The notes below the pieces were generated by a model. The model was not told where the DNA came from. It did not search any database and saw only the letters and a program-made list of their open reading frames with translations. Shown one piece after another: positions 38,587 to 51,998 of a DNA stretch of 64,000 nucleotides. This DNA is from Mobula birostris (Eukaryota). The stretch is taken from positions 12,249,223 through 12,313,222 of the forward strand of contig NC_092391.1 in assembly GCF_030028105.1 (NCBI RefSeq), given 5' to 3'. The position numbers and the translations under genes are program-made. How positions within the stretch are numbered: position 1 is the first letter of the stretch; each line of letters begins with the position of its first letter.

Positions 38587-38847
38587 CATTGTGAATTTAA
38601 TATTTCAGTAGTATTTGAGTAATATAAATATATTGTTTGATTAAGCATTCTTGTTTGTTTAAAACAACTCATAGTTTGTATAACTCATTATGGGTTATAT
38701 GAAAACATAAGCAAATCGCATAAATCATGACGCTACCACGTGATACCTGCGCGCCTTACTTAAAGAACAAATTAAGACTTGCATCTCTCTTGACTTTTTT
38801 GTTTTCCTTTGAATTTGTTTCATGTTTTGAAGCTGCAAAACCTAACA
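38587..38847. mobile_element. Solo LTR (probably Gypsy-type) with 5-bp TSD
   Basis: GGGAG on both flanks (38582-86, 38848-52); ends ..TAACA; left end CATTGTG may be a decayed TGTTGTG; interrupts a Rex fragment. Confidence 0.65.
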
Positions 38848-38862
38848 GGGAGTCTAGCGCCC

Positions 38863-39250
38863 ATGGCGGGGTGGAGATATGTCCCTACTAAAGGAGGTGT
38901 AAGGCGCTCCTTCCCTCCACTAGCTTGTAGGTCACCCTTGAGCAAGGTGTAGCACCTGCTTTGCACCACCCCCCCGCCATGCCAATCAGGGTCACATGAA
39001 CCCATGGGAGCAGGTGGTGGATGGTCATACGAGCAGCTGGTGCAGATCACAAGTCCTGGTTATGCGACCACTGACACCAGGCAGACAATCTCTGAAGAGT
39101 ACTGATCATGGCTGGGGTCACTCATCTTGTAAAGACACTGCTCAGAATAAGGCAATGACAAACCACTTCTTTGGAAAAATTTGCCAAGAACAATCATGGT
39201 CATGGAAAGACTGTGATTGCCTATGTCATACGACACAGCACAGAATGAAC
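38863..39250 (+). mobile_element. Non-autonomous RTE-related retroposon (other copies at 13775-14112, 32775-34590 split by Tc1, 58595-58755)
   Basis: Bov-A/RTE-like motif aaggcaatgacaaaccacttc; imperfect TSD ctagcgccc / ctcgtgccc; four copies in window. Confidence 0.78.
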
Positions 39251-39949
39251 GAGCTCGTGCCCATAATGCAGCTGTCTGTGTTTACAACATTCTGCAGCTT
39301 TTTCCAATCCTGTGCAACGGTCTCGCGATGATGCAACCAGTTACCAGCCTCTGTTAATTTACAGGTTGAGTCGATGGTAAGGGAGGCTTGTGCAATGTTA
39401 GCATTCATTTCAGGAGAACTAGAACATAAAATCAAGGTTGTAATGCTTAGACTTTATGAAGCGTTGGTTAGACCTCACTTGGAGAATTGTGGATGGTTTT
39501 TAGGCCCCTTATCTAAGAAAAGATGTGCTGGCAATGGAGAGGATCCAGAGGAGGTTCACAAGAATGGTTCCAGGAATGAAAGGATTAATGTATGACTCAC
39601 TCAACAACTTCCAGATTAGATGCTTGTACTAGAATTGCAAAGACACACTAGACCATAAGACATTGGAGCAGAATTATGCCATTTGGCCCATCAAATCTGT
39701 TCCTAAAACTGATTGCAACTTATTATCCTTTTCAACCCCATTCTTCTGCCCTCTCTCTGTAAACTTTTACTAATCAAGAACTTACCAACCTCCACATTAA
39801 TTATATCCAAAGACTGCAATAGGCTTCAATGAGAACCTCCTCATTCCTCTAAACTCCAGTGAGTACAGGTCCAGAGACATCCTTTCATTCTCCAGAACAT
39901 TCATGTGAACTGGTCACAAACAAGGGAAAATCTTGTTTGCGTGAACTGG

Positions 39950-41250
39950 TCACAAACAAGAGAAAACACATAAAATGCTGGAGGAACTCAGCAGGCCAGG
40001 CAGCATCTATGGAAAAGAGTACGGTTCACACTTCGGGCCGAGATCCTTCAGCAGGACTGGAGAAAGAAAACCCAGGAGTAGATTTAAAAGGTGAGGGGAG
40101 AGGAGAGAGGTGATAGGCGATAGGTGAAACCTGAAGGGGGAGGGATGAAGTGAAGAGCTGGCAAGAGACAGGAGGCCATGGAAGAAAGAAAAGGAGGGAG
40201 AAGCACCAAAGGGAATCGATGGACAGGTAAGGAGATAAAGTGAGAGAGGGAAAAGGGGATGGGAATGGTGGGGGGAGGGGAGTGCATTACTGGAAGTTTC
40301 AGAAATTGATGTTTGTGCCGTCAGGTTGGAGGCTATCCAAACGGAATATAAGGTGTTGTTCCTCCAACCTAAGTGTGCCTTATCCCGACAGTGGAGGAGA
40401 CCATGAATGGACATATCGTAATGGGAATGGGAAGTGGAATTAAAATGTGTGGTTACTGGGAGATCACGCTTGTTCTGGCAGACGGAGCATAGACGCTCAG
40501 TGAAGTGGTCTCCCAATCTATGTCGGGTCTCACCAATGTGCAGGAGGCCACACCGGGAGCACCGAACAGAGCAAATGACCCCAACAGACTCACAGGTGAA
40601 GTGTCGCCTCACCTGGAAGGACTGTTTAGGGCCCTGAATGGTAGTGAGGGAGGAGGTGTAGGGGCAGGTGTAGCACTTGTTCCACTTGCAAGGGTAAGTG
40701 CCAGCAAGGATGAATGGACAAGAGAGCTGCGTAGAGAGTGAACCCTGCAGAAAGCAAAAATGAGGGGGGAGGGGAAGGGAAAGATGCGCTTGGTGGTGGG
40801 ATCCCGTTGGAGATGGCGGAATTTACTGCGAATTATTTGCTGGAGGCAGAGGCTGGTAAGATCGTAGGTGAGGACAAGAGGAACCCTATCATTGGCAGGG
40901 TGACGGAAGGATGGGGTAGGAGCAGGCGTGCGTGACATGTAAGAGATGAGATTGAGGGCAGCGTTGATGGTGGAGGACGGGAAACCCCTTTCTCTGAAAA
41001 AGGAGGATATCTCCTTCATCCTGGAATAAAATGCCTCATCCTGAGAGCAGATGTGGTGGAGATGGAGGAATTGAGAAAAGGGGATGGCATTTTTACGAGT
41101 AACAGGGTGGGATGAATTATAGTCCAGGTAGCTGTGAGAGTCTGTGGGTTTATAACAGGCATCAGTGGATAATGTGTCTCCAGAGATAGAGACAGAGAGA
41201 CCAAGAAGGGAGAGAGAGGTATTGAAAATGGACCAGGTAAATTTGAGGTA
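39950..41250 (-). mobile_element. Penelope-like element: RT C-terminus, GIY-YIG endonuclease and pLTR
   Basis: ORF 40007..40612 FTCES.GVIC..RC..CGLLHIGET..RL.DHF..PVTTHFN; ORF 40609..41019 FFRERGFP..RVPLVLTY. Confidence 0.9.
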
Positions 41251-42640
41251 AATTCATGTGAACTGCTCAAGTTAGCAGGACCAGTGTTCCTGGCACTGGT
41301 CTCCCAGTACGCTAAACATGATGAAAACTTAAACTGAAAGAGTAGGTCAGGATTTATTTAATAGAGTGTTGGAGAATGAGGGGAGATCGATGGAGATGTA
41401 CAAAACTATGAGGGGTATAGATAGATACAAGCAGGCTTTTTCCACGGAGGTTAGGTGAGACTAGAACTAAAGGTCATGAGTTAAGGGTGAAAGGTGAAAT
41501 ACCTAAGCAGAACCTGAAAGGGAACTTCTTCACTCAGAGGGTGGTGAAAGTGAGGAACGAGATGCCAGCAGAAGTGTGGATATGGGTTCAAATAAGTATA
41601 TGGATGGGAGTGGTTTAGAAGGCTACGTGGGTCGATGGGGCAAGACAGAATTGGAACAGACTAGATGGGCCAAAGGGCCTGTTTCTGTATTGTAGTGTGC
41701 TATGACTCTATAACCCTAAATGTTACACTAATCCAATTGGAATATGAGCCTGGGTTTCAATCACTGGAACCAATGCTCTAGCAAACACTTGGGACTGGGT
41801 CAGATGGTTCATCAAACTGGCTTGATGGAGTTTAATCTATAAAATGAACACTTGGCTCCAAGTGTGTCTTGAAATGAGATCAAAACAACATTCCCCTTGT
41901 TTCATTCCTTCCTTACAAGTTCCTGTATGAACACCAGATGACTCTCCAGTGGGTCAGGGCCAATCCCAACCCCTGAATTCTAGAGAGTCTACCCTGCCAT
42001 TTCTTCATGGCTGATCCAACTTTTCGTCTCAGCCCCAATCTCCTGCCTTCTCCCCGATATCCCTTCATTCCCTGACCAATCAATAATCTATCAACCTCTG
42101 CCTTAAATATACCCAATGACTTGGCCTCCACAGCTGCCCATAGCAAAGCACTGCACTGATTCACCACTCTCTGGCTAAGGAAATTTCTCCTCAACTCCAT
42201 TCTACAAGAGTTCCTTCTACACGGTATGAAACGAGGACCCCGAACCACACCTGAAGCGCTACAGAGAAGATGGCCAAGGACATAGGTGGAGGACCTCCAT
42301 TGCTGCCCTGTTTGCCAGGGACGCAAGTAAAGAAGAGCTTCTATCCACTGTTATCAGACTAGTGAAATGGACCTCTTGTATGATAAGATGGACTTTTGGC
42401 CTTGTAATCTATGTCCTTAGGATCTTTCACTTTATTGCTTACCTGCACTGAAATTTTTCAGTGGCTTTGTTATTGTTTACCTCATTCTAGCTCAATGCAT
42501 TGTATAAGCAGGATGCAAGACCAGTTTTTCGCTGTATCTTGGTACATGTGACAATAATAAACCAGTAAGAGAAGATGATTCTATATTTTGCGGCTAACGA
42601 ACAACACTCGCCAATGGTTACCAAGAGTTTTTGTAGGATT

Positions 42641-42868
42641 TGGGCACGTGGCCAAGTGGTTAAGGCGTTTGTCTAGTTATCTCAAGGTCGCTAGTTCGAG
42701 CCTCAGCTGTGGCAGAATGTTTGTGCCCTTGAGCAAGTCAGTTAACCACACATTGCTCTAGTCTGTGTGAGGAGTGGCACCCCACACAGACTTCCAATCT
42801 GCGCCTTGTAAGGCATGAAAATGCCCGACGCAGGCCTCTCATGGTCTGAGTCGACGTTCCCTCCCCTT
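42641..42868 (+). mobile_element. tRNA-derived SINE
   Basis: A box (tggccaagtgg) and B box (gttcgagcc); body gtgcccttgagcaag; head shared with 54427. Confidence 0.8.
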
Positions 42869-43980
42869 TGTAGGATTTAGTCTGATTTGCAGCAAGCTGA
42901 GGTAAAGAACTAGGAATGCAACTAAAAAAACTGCAGGGTTCTTCAATAGAAGAAACATAGAACATGGAATACAGACCATTTTCTCATTGAGGGCAGGAGA
43001 CTTCTGATGAAGGAGGCAGACTATATTTATATTTATCAGGTGTTTGGACAGGTACTTGGATAGGAAAAGTGTAAATGTATGAACCTCAAACAAATGTAAA
43101 TACACTTATCAGTTGTTTGGGCAGGCACAGACTGGAAAGGTGTAGAGATATGAACCTATTGTGTGCAAATGGGATTAGAGGGTATAGGCTTCCCGGTTGA
43201 CCGAGAGGGGTGGGCCATGAGGGCTGTTCCTGTATTGTCAATTCGGAGATTCTGTGAAAATGATTGGATTGGACTGTGACCAATCACTGAGCGGAAGTAC
43301 GTCAAGGAAGCTACCTTTTCAAAATGATATTCTGGACAAACTTCAATATATGAAGTCTGTCTTTCAAACTACTTACTATGCAGTTGGAACTTATAATATT
43401 TTATAGCATTTGGTAAGCAGTCGACCATTTGAACATAGGACAGGACAGTCCCTTTGGCTCACGATGTTTTGCTGGCCTTTTGACCTGCTCTAAGATCAAC
43501 CTAACATAGCCCTCTATTTTTTTATCATCTATGTACCTGTCTAAGAGTATCTTAAATGCCCCAAATGGATCTGCCTCTATCACCACTCGCAGCAGTGCAT
43601 TCCATGCACCACCACTTTCTGTGTAAAGAACTTACCTCTGACATCACCACCCCCCCACATACTTTCCTCAATCACCTTAAAATCATAACCCCCGCCCCCC
43701 CCACAATCCTCATCCACACACAGTCTAAACTGGGAAGTGCAAATTAAATTTAAACCATATACAAGAATGATTGAGTCAGAGATACCAAAGCCATACCAAA
43801 AGGGTTATATAGTAAGTGTGCACAGACTGATATATGAATAATTGTAAACACTGGACAACTTTGACTTACCGAGGTCAGCTTATAGACTATTCTTAGGACA
43901 GAACCCTTACACAACCCGGGAACTATCTCTACAAGCCATCCCTAGGTTACAGAGACGGACTTACAAACGATGCCGTCATA

Positions 43981-44260
43981 CGGGGTGGCGCAGTAGCATC
44001 GTGGTTAGCACAACGCTTTACAGTACCAGCGACCCTAGTTCAATTCCCACTGCTGCCTGTAAGGAGTTTGTATGTTCTCCCCTTGACTGTGTGGGTTTAC
44101 TCCGGGTGTTCCTACAATCCAAAGACGTACCAGTTAGTAGGTTAATTGGTCATTGTAAATTGCCCTGTGATTGCGCCAGGGTTAAATCGGGGCAATTGCT
44201 GGGCAGCGTGGCAAGAAGGGCCAGAAGGGCCTATTCTGCAATGCATCTCAAATAAATTAA
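43981..44260 (+). mobile_element. HE1-like V-SINE (others at ~4290-4545 minus, ~61050-61300, ~61470-61655)
   Basis: tRNA-like head, V-domain ggagtttgtatgttctccc..ccaaagacgtac, CR1-type tail and (aata)n. Confidence 0.8.
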
Positions 44261-45964
44261 TAAATACATAGATAGATCGATAGGTAGATATAATTAAATT
44301 CAAATGTCTAATGCATGTGATTAGTCGGCTGCTTTGGAACAGCATGGGGTTTTAAATCGATTGCTATGTTGTAGGAATGCGAATGCAGCCTTCGAATCCC
44401 ATTGGAACTTAAGCAGGACAAGGCATTATACTGTTGGCAGTAACACCAATAAACATCTTTTCCCTCCAAAATGGCAGCAAACTTGGCAGATACTAGCAAC
44501 AGTTTTGCTGTCAGTTGGATTCAAGTACAATTACAATCAGCAAAATATCTTTATCATCCTTCAACATTTCCATTACATTTCCAGCCGAGCGTTTCTGTGT
44601 TGTCAGACTGTGTTCTTGATGTGAAATCCTGGAGAGTATCCAAAACGCTTCAAGTTGGGAATAGTTTTTTTGAAGGAGAATTGGCTGAATATTCAAAGGA
44701 GTTGGGTTTGCAGGGACATGGCCCTTGATTGGCCCTTCAAAGCGCCAGAAGAGAAAATGACCAGCGACATATATTCTCTATCATCTGTTAGACCCAGAGT
44801 TCAGATTCACCAATCAGGTTATAGAATGCAGAATTGTCCAGAACCGTAGGGACCTTCCAACCTTTCTGACCTTCATAAACTTATTCAAAGCTGAAAGTAT
44901 ATTTATTATCAAAGTACATCTGCGGTATGTTATCAGACATAACCTTGAGATTCGTTTTCTTGCAGGCATTTATGGGAAAAAAAGAAATAGAATAGAATTT
45001 ATGTGAACTATATTTAAACAAAGACAGACGAACAACCAATGTGCAAAAGACGAACTGCACAAATAAAGATAATACTGAGAACATGAGTTGTAAAGGGTAA
45101 AAATGAGTTGCGGTGAGTTGTAACTCTATGAACAGTCTACCTTTCCCTTCCACACAAGCTATAGTCCTCTATTTTTCTTCCAAACATGTGCCTATCGAAG
45201 TATCTTATATGTACCCTATTGTATCAGCCTCAACTGGCACCCTGGCAATGAATTCCAGGCACCAACCATTCTCTGAATAGAAAATCTACCTCTGATAGTC
45301 CTCAACAGTCCTCCACCCACCTTAAATGGATGTCCTGCTGTATGTTATGCTATGTGAGCCTAAGTCCCGTGGCAACCCAAGGTGCCCAGTGAAGTAAATG
45401 CTCTTTAGGGGTCTGATGCCTGTTGGTCAAAGTCTGGGTTGTCAAGGCAAGAAAGCCTTAGAGGGGTCATAGCAACCTGGCAAAGAGGAAGCAGTTTTTT
45501 CCTTGACTCATTCAGGGGACAGGACACCAGAACAATGCGATAACGCCTGGGATCATGTTTTAAACTACCCCCCTCTCCCACTCAGTTTAGGGTTAGCCAA
45601 AAGGCCAGTGGCAGGGCTGTCATGACCTCTTGTACTGACGAGCTTCACTGCCTCTGTACTGCTCATTGGCTCGATACTGGGTGGCTGTAGAAAGTGACTG
45701 AGATAGGAGGAGGGTCATACACAAGTACAGTTGTGGAGTTCAGCTAATTATTTTCTCCGCCCAAGTCCGCTGTCTGCCACATTTCTGAGCTTTGCTGTAA
45801 GCAACTTACTGGAGGGTGACCATTGCCAGCAGTGTGCTGATTGCTGCTTTCCAAAGGGTTAGGTGAAGTGTGAGAAGTAAATTAAATGAAGTGTTATGAC
45901 TTTTGATCCTGTCGTGTATTACAAGCAACTCAGACTGCTGGCTAAGACATAATCACTCATACAC

Positions 45965-46225
45965 TCATGTGTGTCCTGTTTTATTGCTGGGTGGCTTTCT
46001 CTTTACTGTAAAGCCCTCACCTTCTTGCTCTGCTGCTGCCCCCGATATCTCTCCCTGGGCGATAGCAGCTCCAGCTCCTTTTTGAAGATGCAGGGCTTCC
46101 AAATGAGCCTCTAGCCAAGATTTGTCTGTTTTAATGGTGGTCTCCCTCTCTGCAAAGGTAGCATGTGCTCGTGTAGCCTCTGCCTTCGCTCTGGCTCGTT
46201 CTGCTGATGATCTGCACAATGACAA
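45965..46225 (-). mobile_element. BEL/Pao LTR retrotransposon gag N-terminal remnant
   Basis: RARAKAEATRAHATFAERE..LEAHLEAL..AAIAQGE; resembles the coiled-coil start of fish BEL gag. Confidence 0.6.
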
Positions 46226-47339
46226 TGAACTGTGATGAGAACTGCTGTCAGACGCTCCGTCTTGTGTGCTTTGTCGATCCTGTAGCGTTGTGTGGTTTGT
46301 GTGTAGTATCTCTCATCCACGGTGCTTGTTATTCACCGCCATCGACTCTTCATATGCTGTTCGGCCAGTTCCATTCCCATCTTTTGACTGTACACTGAGA
46401 GAGCTGGGAGATGTAGACAAGTGAGATGGCAGAGTTGGAACTAACCAGTCTTGGTAACATTTCAAGAATCATGGGCGAGAGATAGAGGGTAGAAATTTGT
46501 GCTCAAACTGTGAATGATGGGTTTACTGAAGTTCTCTCAAAACAGCACCATCATTTGCGTGGAGAAGAGCACAGGAAGAAAGAGCAAATTTTGAAGGCAC
46601 TTGGGAAACCTCAGAATGAGAAGAACTGGACATCATGCAAAATTCCTCCCATTTCATTAAACAGCAAGCGGTTTTGAGCAGCTCAGAGAGGAACCCTCTT
46701 ATTATGCAAAAAAGCAAGTTGATATGAGCAGCTCAGAGAGGAATCCCCTTATTTTCTAAAAAAGCAGTGGATTTGGGCAGCTCAGAGGGGCACCCAATTA
46801 TTTTGTCTGGCATGATCAATAACAGGTGGAGCATCAAGGATGAATTCATGGAAGGGACCATTACAGCTGCTGGTGATATGTCTTCTTCTGCCTCTAGAAG
46901 TGCTGGTTGTTTTGTACAAACATCACATCCTGTTTTTAAGCTTTTTTTTACATCATTTCCTGCACGGGTTAATTGGGATTTTGACTTGAAGCACACATGG
47001 GAGAAAGACAACTATCTCCATCCACTTTTTATTTGCCCGTGAAACAGCAACATCTGTGAGTCTTGAGCTTGTTCATATTGGTAAACAGTTAGTAGATATA
47101 CCTTGTAGGAAGTTATATGTTTATTGCTCATTGCTATTAAGCTATTGCTGTACCTCGAACTCACTCTAGTCCATGGCTAGCTATAGAATGTTGCATGTGT
47201 GTATGACCTTGTTCAATGCTGATCCTGAGAATAATCGACAATATTAGTATACTCAGGTGTGCAACGATTCTGTTTCAAATTTAATACATGTTTTACTTAA
47301 CTTCCTGCAGCTTCACAAAGTTTTCCCATTAAAAACCCT

Positions 47340-47895
47340 GAAGAAAGCATCGGCTCAGGTGATATTTGAGAAGGTGTTTAGCTCCCTGCCGAGCTTTGTA
47401 CACAACACACTGCAAGGGCAGTAGATGGCTGACTGGAGACAAGAGCCGCATAAGCAGCATTTTACATGACCGTACCACCTGTCGCAAGCTAGAGGGATAA
47501 AACGGGAAGGCAAAATGATGTCCGACTTGCCAGAGGAGCAACTAAGCACCTCTCCACCCTTCACATACACTAGTCTGGATGTCTTTGGTCCTCTAGTAGA
47601 CATACAAGAGGAGGCCGAACTCACAGCAAGCGATGGGCAGTGCTCTTTACCCACCTGAGCACTCAAGCTGCTCACATAGAAGTGACTGAATTCATGCATA
47701 CATCTACCAACATTAACATGCTGAGACGGGTCCTTTCCTGTCCTTGGTCCCATGAAAGGATCCTACACTGACTGCGGTATGAATTTTATTGGTGTTTGCC
47801 TTGAACTTGAGTTCCGCAAAGTGATGACAAACTCTAAGGTGCAGAGGTCTATCAGAAGCCAGCTCTGAACTTGGGACTTCAATCCGCCAGCCAAT
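47340..47895 (+). mobile_element. BEL/Pao integrase remnant
   Basis: Translates with frameshifts: TCRKL..KMMSDLPEEQLSTSPPFTYTSLDVFGP..STQAAHIEV..TDCGMNFIG..WDFNPP. Confidence 0.85.
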
Positions 47896-49488
47896 CCGTT
47901 CAGCCTTTTATTTTGAAATAATAGCCCTGCCGACTTTTATTTGGATAGCTCCCCCAACTTCAATTTTAAAATTTAATTGGACCACGTCAGGAGGGCAGCA
48001 CTTCATTTTTGGTGGAGTGTTCTGATCAGATTGAAGAACATATAAACAATCCTATGTTGCCTCCTTTCATTTGCACCATCAAAATCATTGTCTGTAAGTG
48101 TTGTTTTAGCTCATAAAGAAGAATGCTATCTGAGCAATATTTTGTGTTAACAATATATAAAAATTTAGTCCCGATTATTGGTATAGTCTTTGACTAGCCT
48201 TGGTAATTTAATGCAAGGAAGGACCTGAAGTTTGATCGATTTAAGCACTGGGCTGATTGGGAAAGGTCGGTTACGGGCCGAATTGAGGCAGTGGGGCCCG
48301 GCACAAGAGCAAGGAATAACCCGAGGTTTGGACGATTTAAGTGCCAAGCCAGATGGAAAAGGTCTGGGTATTGGAACTGGGGGCCAGGGATAGGCCGGTT
48401 CAGCCTGCTGCTCAATGAGGTTTACTTATCTCCGAGCTGAACTGAGACTGCAGTCCGCCACCAACAGGCTCCTGAATCGGCTGCTGCCTTCACTGCTGGG
48501 GTCTCACTATCTGAACGCTATTTGCTTACTTCTATTGTTTGCATGATTTTTTTTCCCTGCATGTTGGGCATTTGACGGTCTCCTTTTTTAAACAGTTTCT
48601 CTCAGATCTCTTTGTTCTGTGGCTGCCTGTAAGGAAACAAATCTCAAGGTTGTGTGTCGTGTACATACTTCGATAATAAGTATACTTTGACTATGAATGC
48701 TTACATGATATTAATCTTCTCGCATACTTTAAAGCTTTGCATACTCATGTACATAATATTTGTGTATTTTACATGTAAGTCCAGGCTTTATATATTCCTA
48801 ACTTTTTACGAATATGTGAATTAATCATCATAAGTCTGCTGCATTAAGTGCTTACAGTATTTTTCTTAGTTTTAATTTTATTCAGTTGTATGTGTGAGTG
48901 CTGCCCAATAAAGCACCAGGAACTTAGACGTTACATTCTGAGTCCTGTATCCAGTTGAGTGGAGTTTGGCTTGGTGCTGCACTGTGCACACATCAGGATT
49001 TCAGTATAGTGGGCTTGCTAGATAGGCACCAGGATATGGGACAACACTTGCGGGCTGCCCCCAGCACATCCTTAGACCGTGTAGGCTGTTAACGCAAACA
49101 ATGCATTTCACTGTAGGTTTCAGCATACATCAGATAAATAAATGAATCTGAATCTGACTCTTTACAACTCATGTTCTCAGTATGATTTTTATTTGCAAAG
49201 TTTGTCTTCTTTTCCACATAGATTACTTCTCAGTGTTTGTTTTCAGTAAAAATAGAAACACAACAGAATTCTTAAATTTTATTTAATTTCTTTTTTTCCC
49301 TGTATATAACTGCAAGAAAATTAATTTCAAGGTAATATGTGGTAACTTATATGTACTTTGATAATAAATTTACTTTGAACACTGAAGCCTCTGTTTGAGT
49401 CTACCAAAAGCAGAGAACTACAAATGACTCTTATTCCTCCAGATTTAAATCCTGTCGAGTCTTCAGCCACCTGGAGGTTCGAGCTTAC

Positions 49489-49627
49489 CTTCACCTTGAG
49501 ATGAGGGGAGGGCTGGCATCTCCTGACCTGTCGGTGTTTGCGGTGAACTTTGCAAACTTGCCTCCTTTGAACTGCCACAGGATGTTGCATTCATCGAAGC
49601 AGCAGCAGATGTAAAGTAGATGTCTGA
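49489..49627 (-). CDS. GARNL3: GARNL3 coding exon, SDIYFTSAAASMNATSCGSSKEASLQSSPQTPTGQEMPALPSSQGE
   Basis: 139 nt; tttccag / gtaagc; phase 0->1; matches recalled human SDIYFT...SPQTP...PSSLGEG. Confidence 0.95.
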
Positions 49628-50770
49628 CTGGAAAGTGAGAGAGGGGAGAAACAACAGTCAGCTCCCAGGGTAAATTATAAACACAAGAGATTCTGCAGAT
49701 GCTGGAAATCCAGGGCAACACACACAAAATGCTGACAGAACTTAGCAGGTCAGGTTGCATCTGTGGAAATGAATAAACCATCAACATTTCGGGCTTAGCC
49801 TGATCTGCTGGTATTACTTTTAGAAGATGGAACTCCATACAGTTCAGTACAGACCCTTCTGCCCACGATGTTAACCAACTTCTACCACCACACCTGCAAC
49901 GTGTTCCACACATCCACCACTAGCTGTATAAAGAACTTACCTCTGACACCCCTCCTATACTTTCCTCCAATCATTTTAAATGAGGAGTATGTCCCCTCAT
50001 ATTAGCCATTTCCACCCTGGGGAAAAGGCACTGGATGTCCACTCCAGCTATGCCTCATCATCTTGTACACTTCTGTCAAATCACCTCCCATTCCCTTCCA
50101 CTCCAGCGAGAAAAGCCCCAGCTCACGCAACCGTTCCTCCTAAGACATGCTCCCTGATCCAGGCAACTTCCTGGTAAACCTCCTCTGCACCCTCTCTAAA
50201 GCTTCCACATCCTTCCTATAATGTGGCAACAGAACTGAACACAATATTCCAAGTGTGGTCTCACCAGGGTTTGATAGAGCTGCAACATTACCTCACGGCT
50301 CTTGAACTCAATCTCCAGATTAACAAAGGCCAACACACCATACATGGTACGATCCTTCCCACAAAGGTCCACCTACACTGGATTTCCTTGGTGTAATAGT
50401 TCCAAATGGACACTCCGTACAGAATCAATTTGCAGCAGGTTTCCAGCATCTGTGGTATTCAATTTACTTTCTGTGTAACGTCGATGAACACCAGTGACAC
50501 TCATGTGACAGAAATTGTCTGCAACTGTTATTAAAAGCAGTAGGTTCCATTTATACAATATCTTCAATGTAATAAAATGTTCCAAGGTGTCTCATAGGAC
50601 ACTATTCTGACACTACATAAGGAAAATGTTAGGACAGATAATTAGACTGTAGAAATAAATTGATTTACTATGGTCAGACACACAAAATACTGTACACTAA
50701 AAGGCTTGTAATGTATACTGTTCGTACAGATCAATCATTACACCGTGCCTTGAGGTAGAGAAAGGTAAAA

Positions 50771-51998
50771 CATAGAAACATAGAAAATAGGTGCAGGAGT
50801 AGGCTATTCGGCCCTTCGAGCCTGCACCGCCATTCAGTATGATCATGGCTGATCATCCAACTCAGAACCCTGTACCTGCCTTCTCTCCATACCCCCTGAT
50901 CCCCGTAGCCACAAGGGCCATATCTAACTCCCTCTTAAATATAGCCAATGAACTGGCCTCAACTGTTTCCTGTGGCAGAGAATTCCACAGATTCACCACT
51001 CTCTGTGTGAAGAAGCTTTTCCTCATCTCGATCCTAAAAGGCTTCCTCTTTATCCTTAAACTGTGACCCCTCGTTCTGGGCTTCCCCAAAATCGGGAACA
51101 ATCTTCATGCATCTAGCCTGTCCAATCCCTTTAGGATTTTATACGTTTCAATAAGATCCCCCCTCAATCTTCTAAATTCCAATGAGTACAAGCCCAGTTC
51201 ATCCAGTCTTTCTTCATATGAAAGTCCTGCCATCCCAGGAATCAATCTGGTGAACCTTCTTTGTACTCCCTCTATGGCAAGAATGTCTTTCCTCTGATTA
51301 GGGGACCAAAACTGCACACAATACTCCAGGTGTGGTCTCACCAAGGCCTTGTACAACTGCAGTAGTACCTCCCTGCTACTGTACTTGAATCCTCTTGTTA
51401 TGAATGCCAGCATACCATTCACCTTTTTCACCGCCTGCTGTACCTGCATGCCCACTTTCAATGACTGGTGTATAATGACACCCAGGTCTCATTGCACCTC
51501 CCCTTTTCCTAATCGGCCACCATTCAGATAATAATCTGTTTTCCTGTTTTTGGCACCAAAGTAGATAACCTCACATTTATCCACATTAAATTGCATCTGC
51601 CATGAATTTGCCCACTCACCTAACCTATCTAAGTCACCCTGCATCCTCTCAGCATCCCCCTCACAGCTAACACTGCCGCCCAGCTTTGTGTCAACCGCAA
51701 ACTTGGAGATGCTGCATTTAATTCCCTCGCCTAAGTCATTAATATATATTGTAAACAACTGGGGTCCCAGCACTGAGCCTTGCGGTACCCCACTAGTCAC
51801 TGCCTGCCATTCCGAAAAGGTCCCGTTTATTCCCACTCTTTGCTTCCTGTCTGCCAACCAATTCTCTATCCACATCAATACCTTACCCCCAATATCGTGT
51901 GCTCTAAGTTTGCACACTAATCTCCTGTGTGGGACCTTGTCAAAAGCCTTTTGAATATCCAAGTATACCACATCCACTGGTTCTCCCCTATCCACTCT
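50771..51998 (-). mobile_element. Young 5'-truncated CR1 LINE, same subfamily as 1594-2509
   Basis: ORFs 51489..52118, 51105..51461 and 50862..51101 give RT ([24 protein letters not shown]) through to ..EKAGTGF*; catagaaa tail. Confidence 0.95.

Noticed and set aside
42641-42715. tRNA gene (also 54427-54500 and 43981-44060)
   Set aside because: A/B boxes run into SINE bodies; no proper acceptor stem or terminator
44300-44870. Nested gene exon in a unique island
   Set aside because: Only short ORFs with no recognisable homology and no consistent splice pair; kept only as a possible regulatory island
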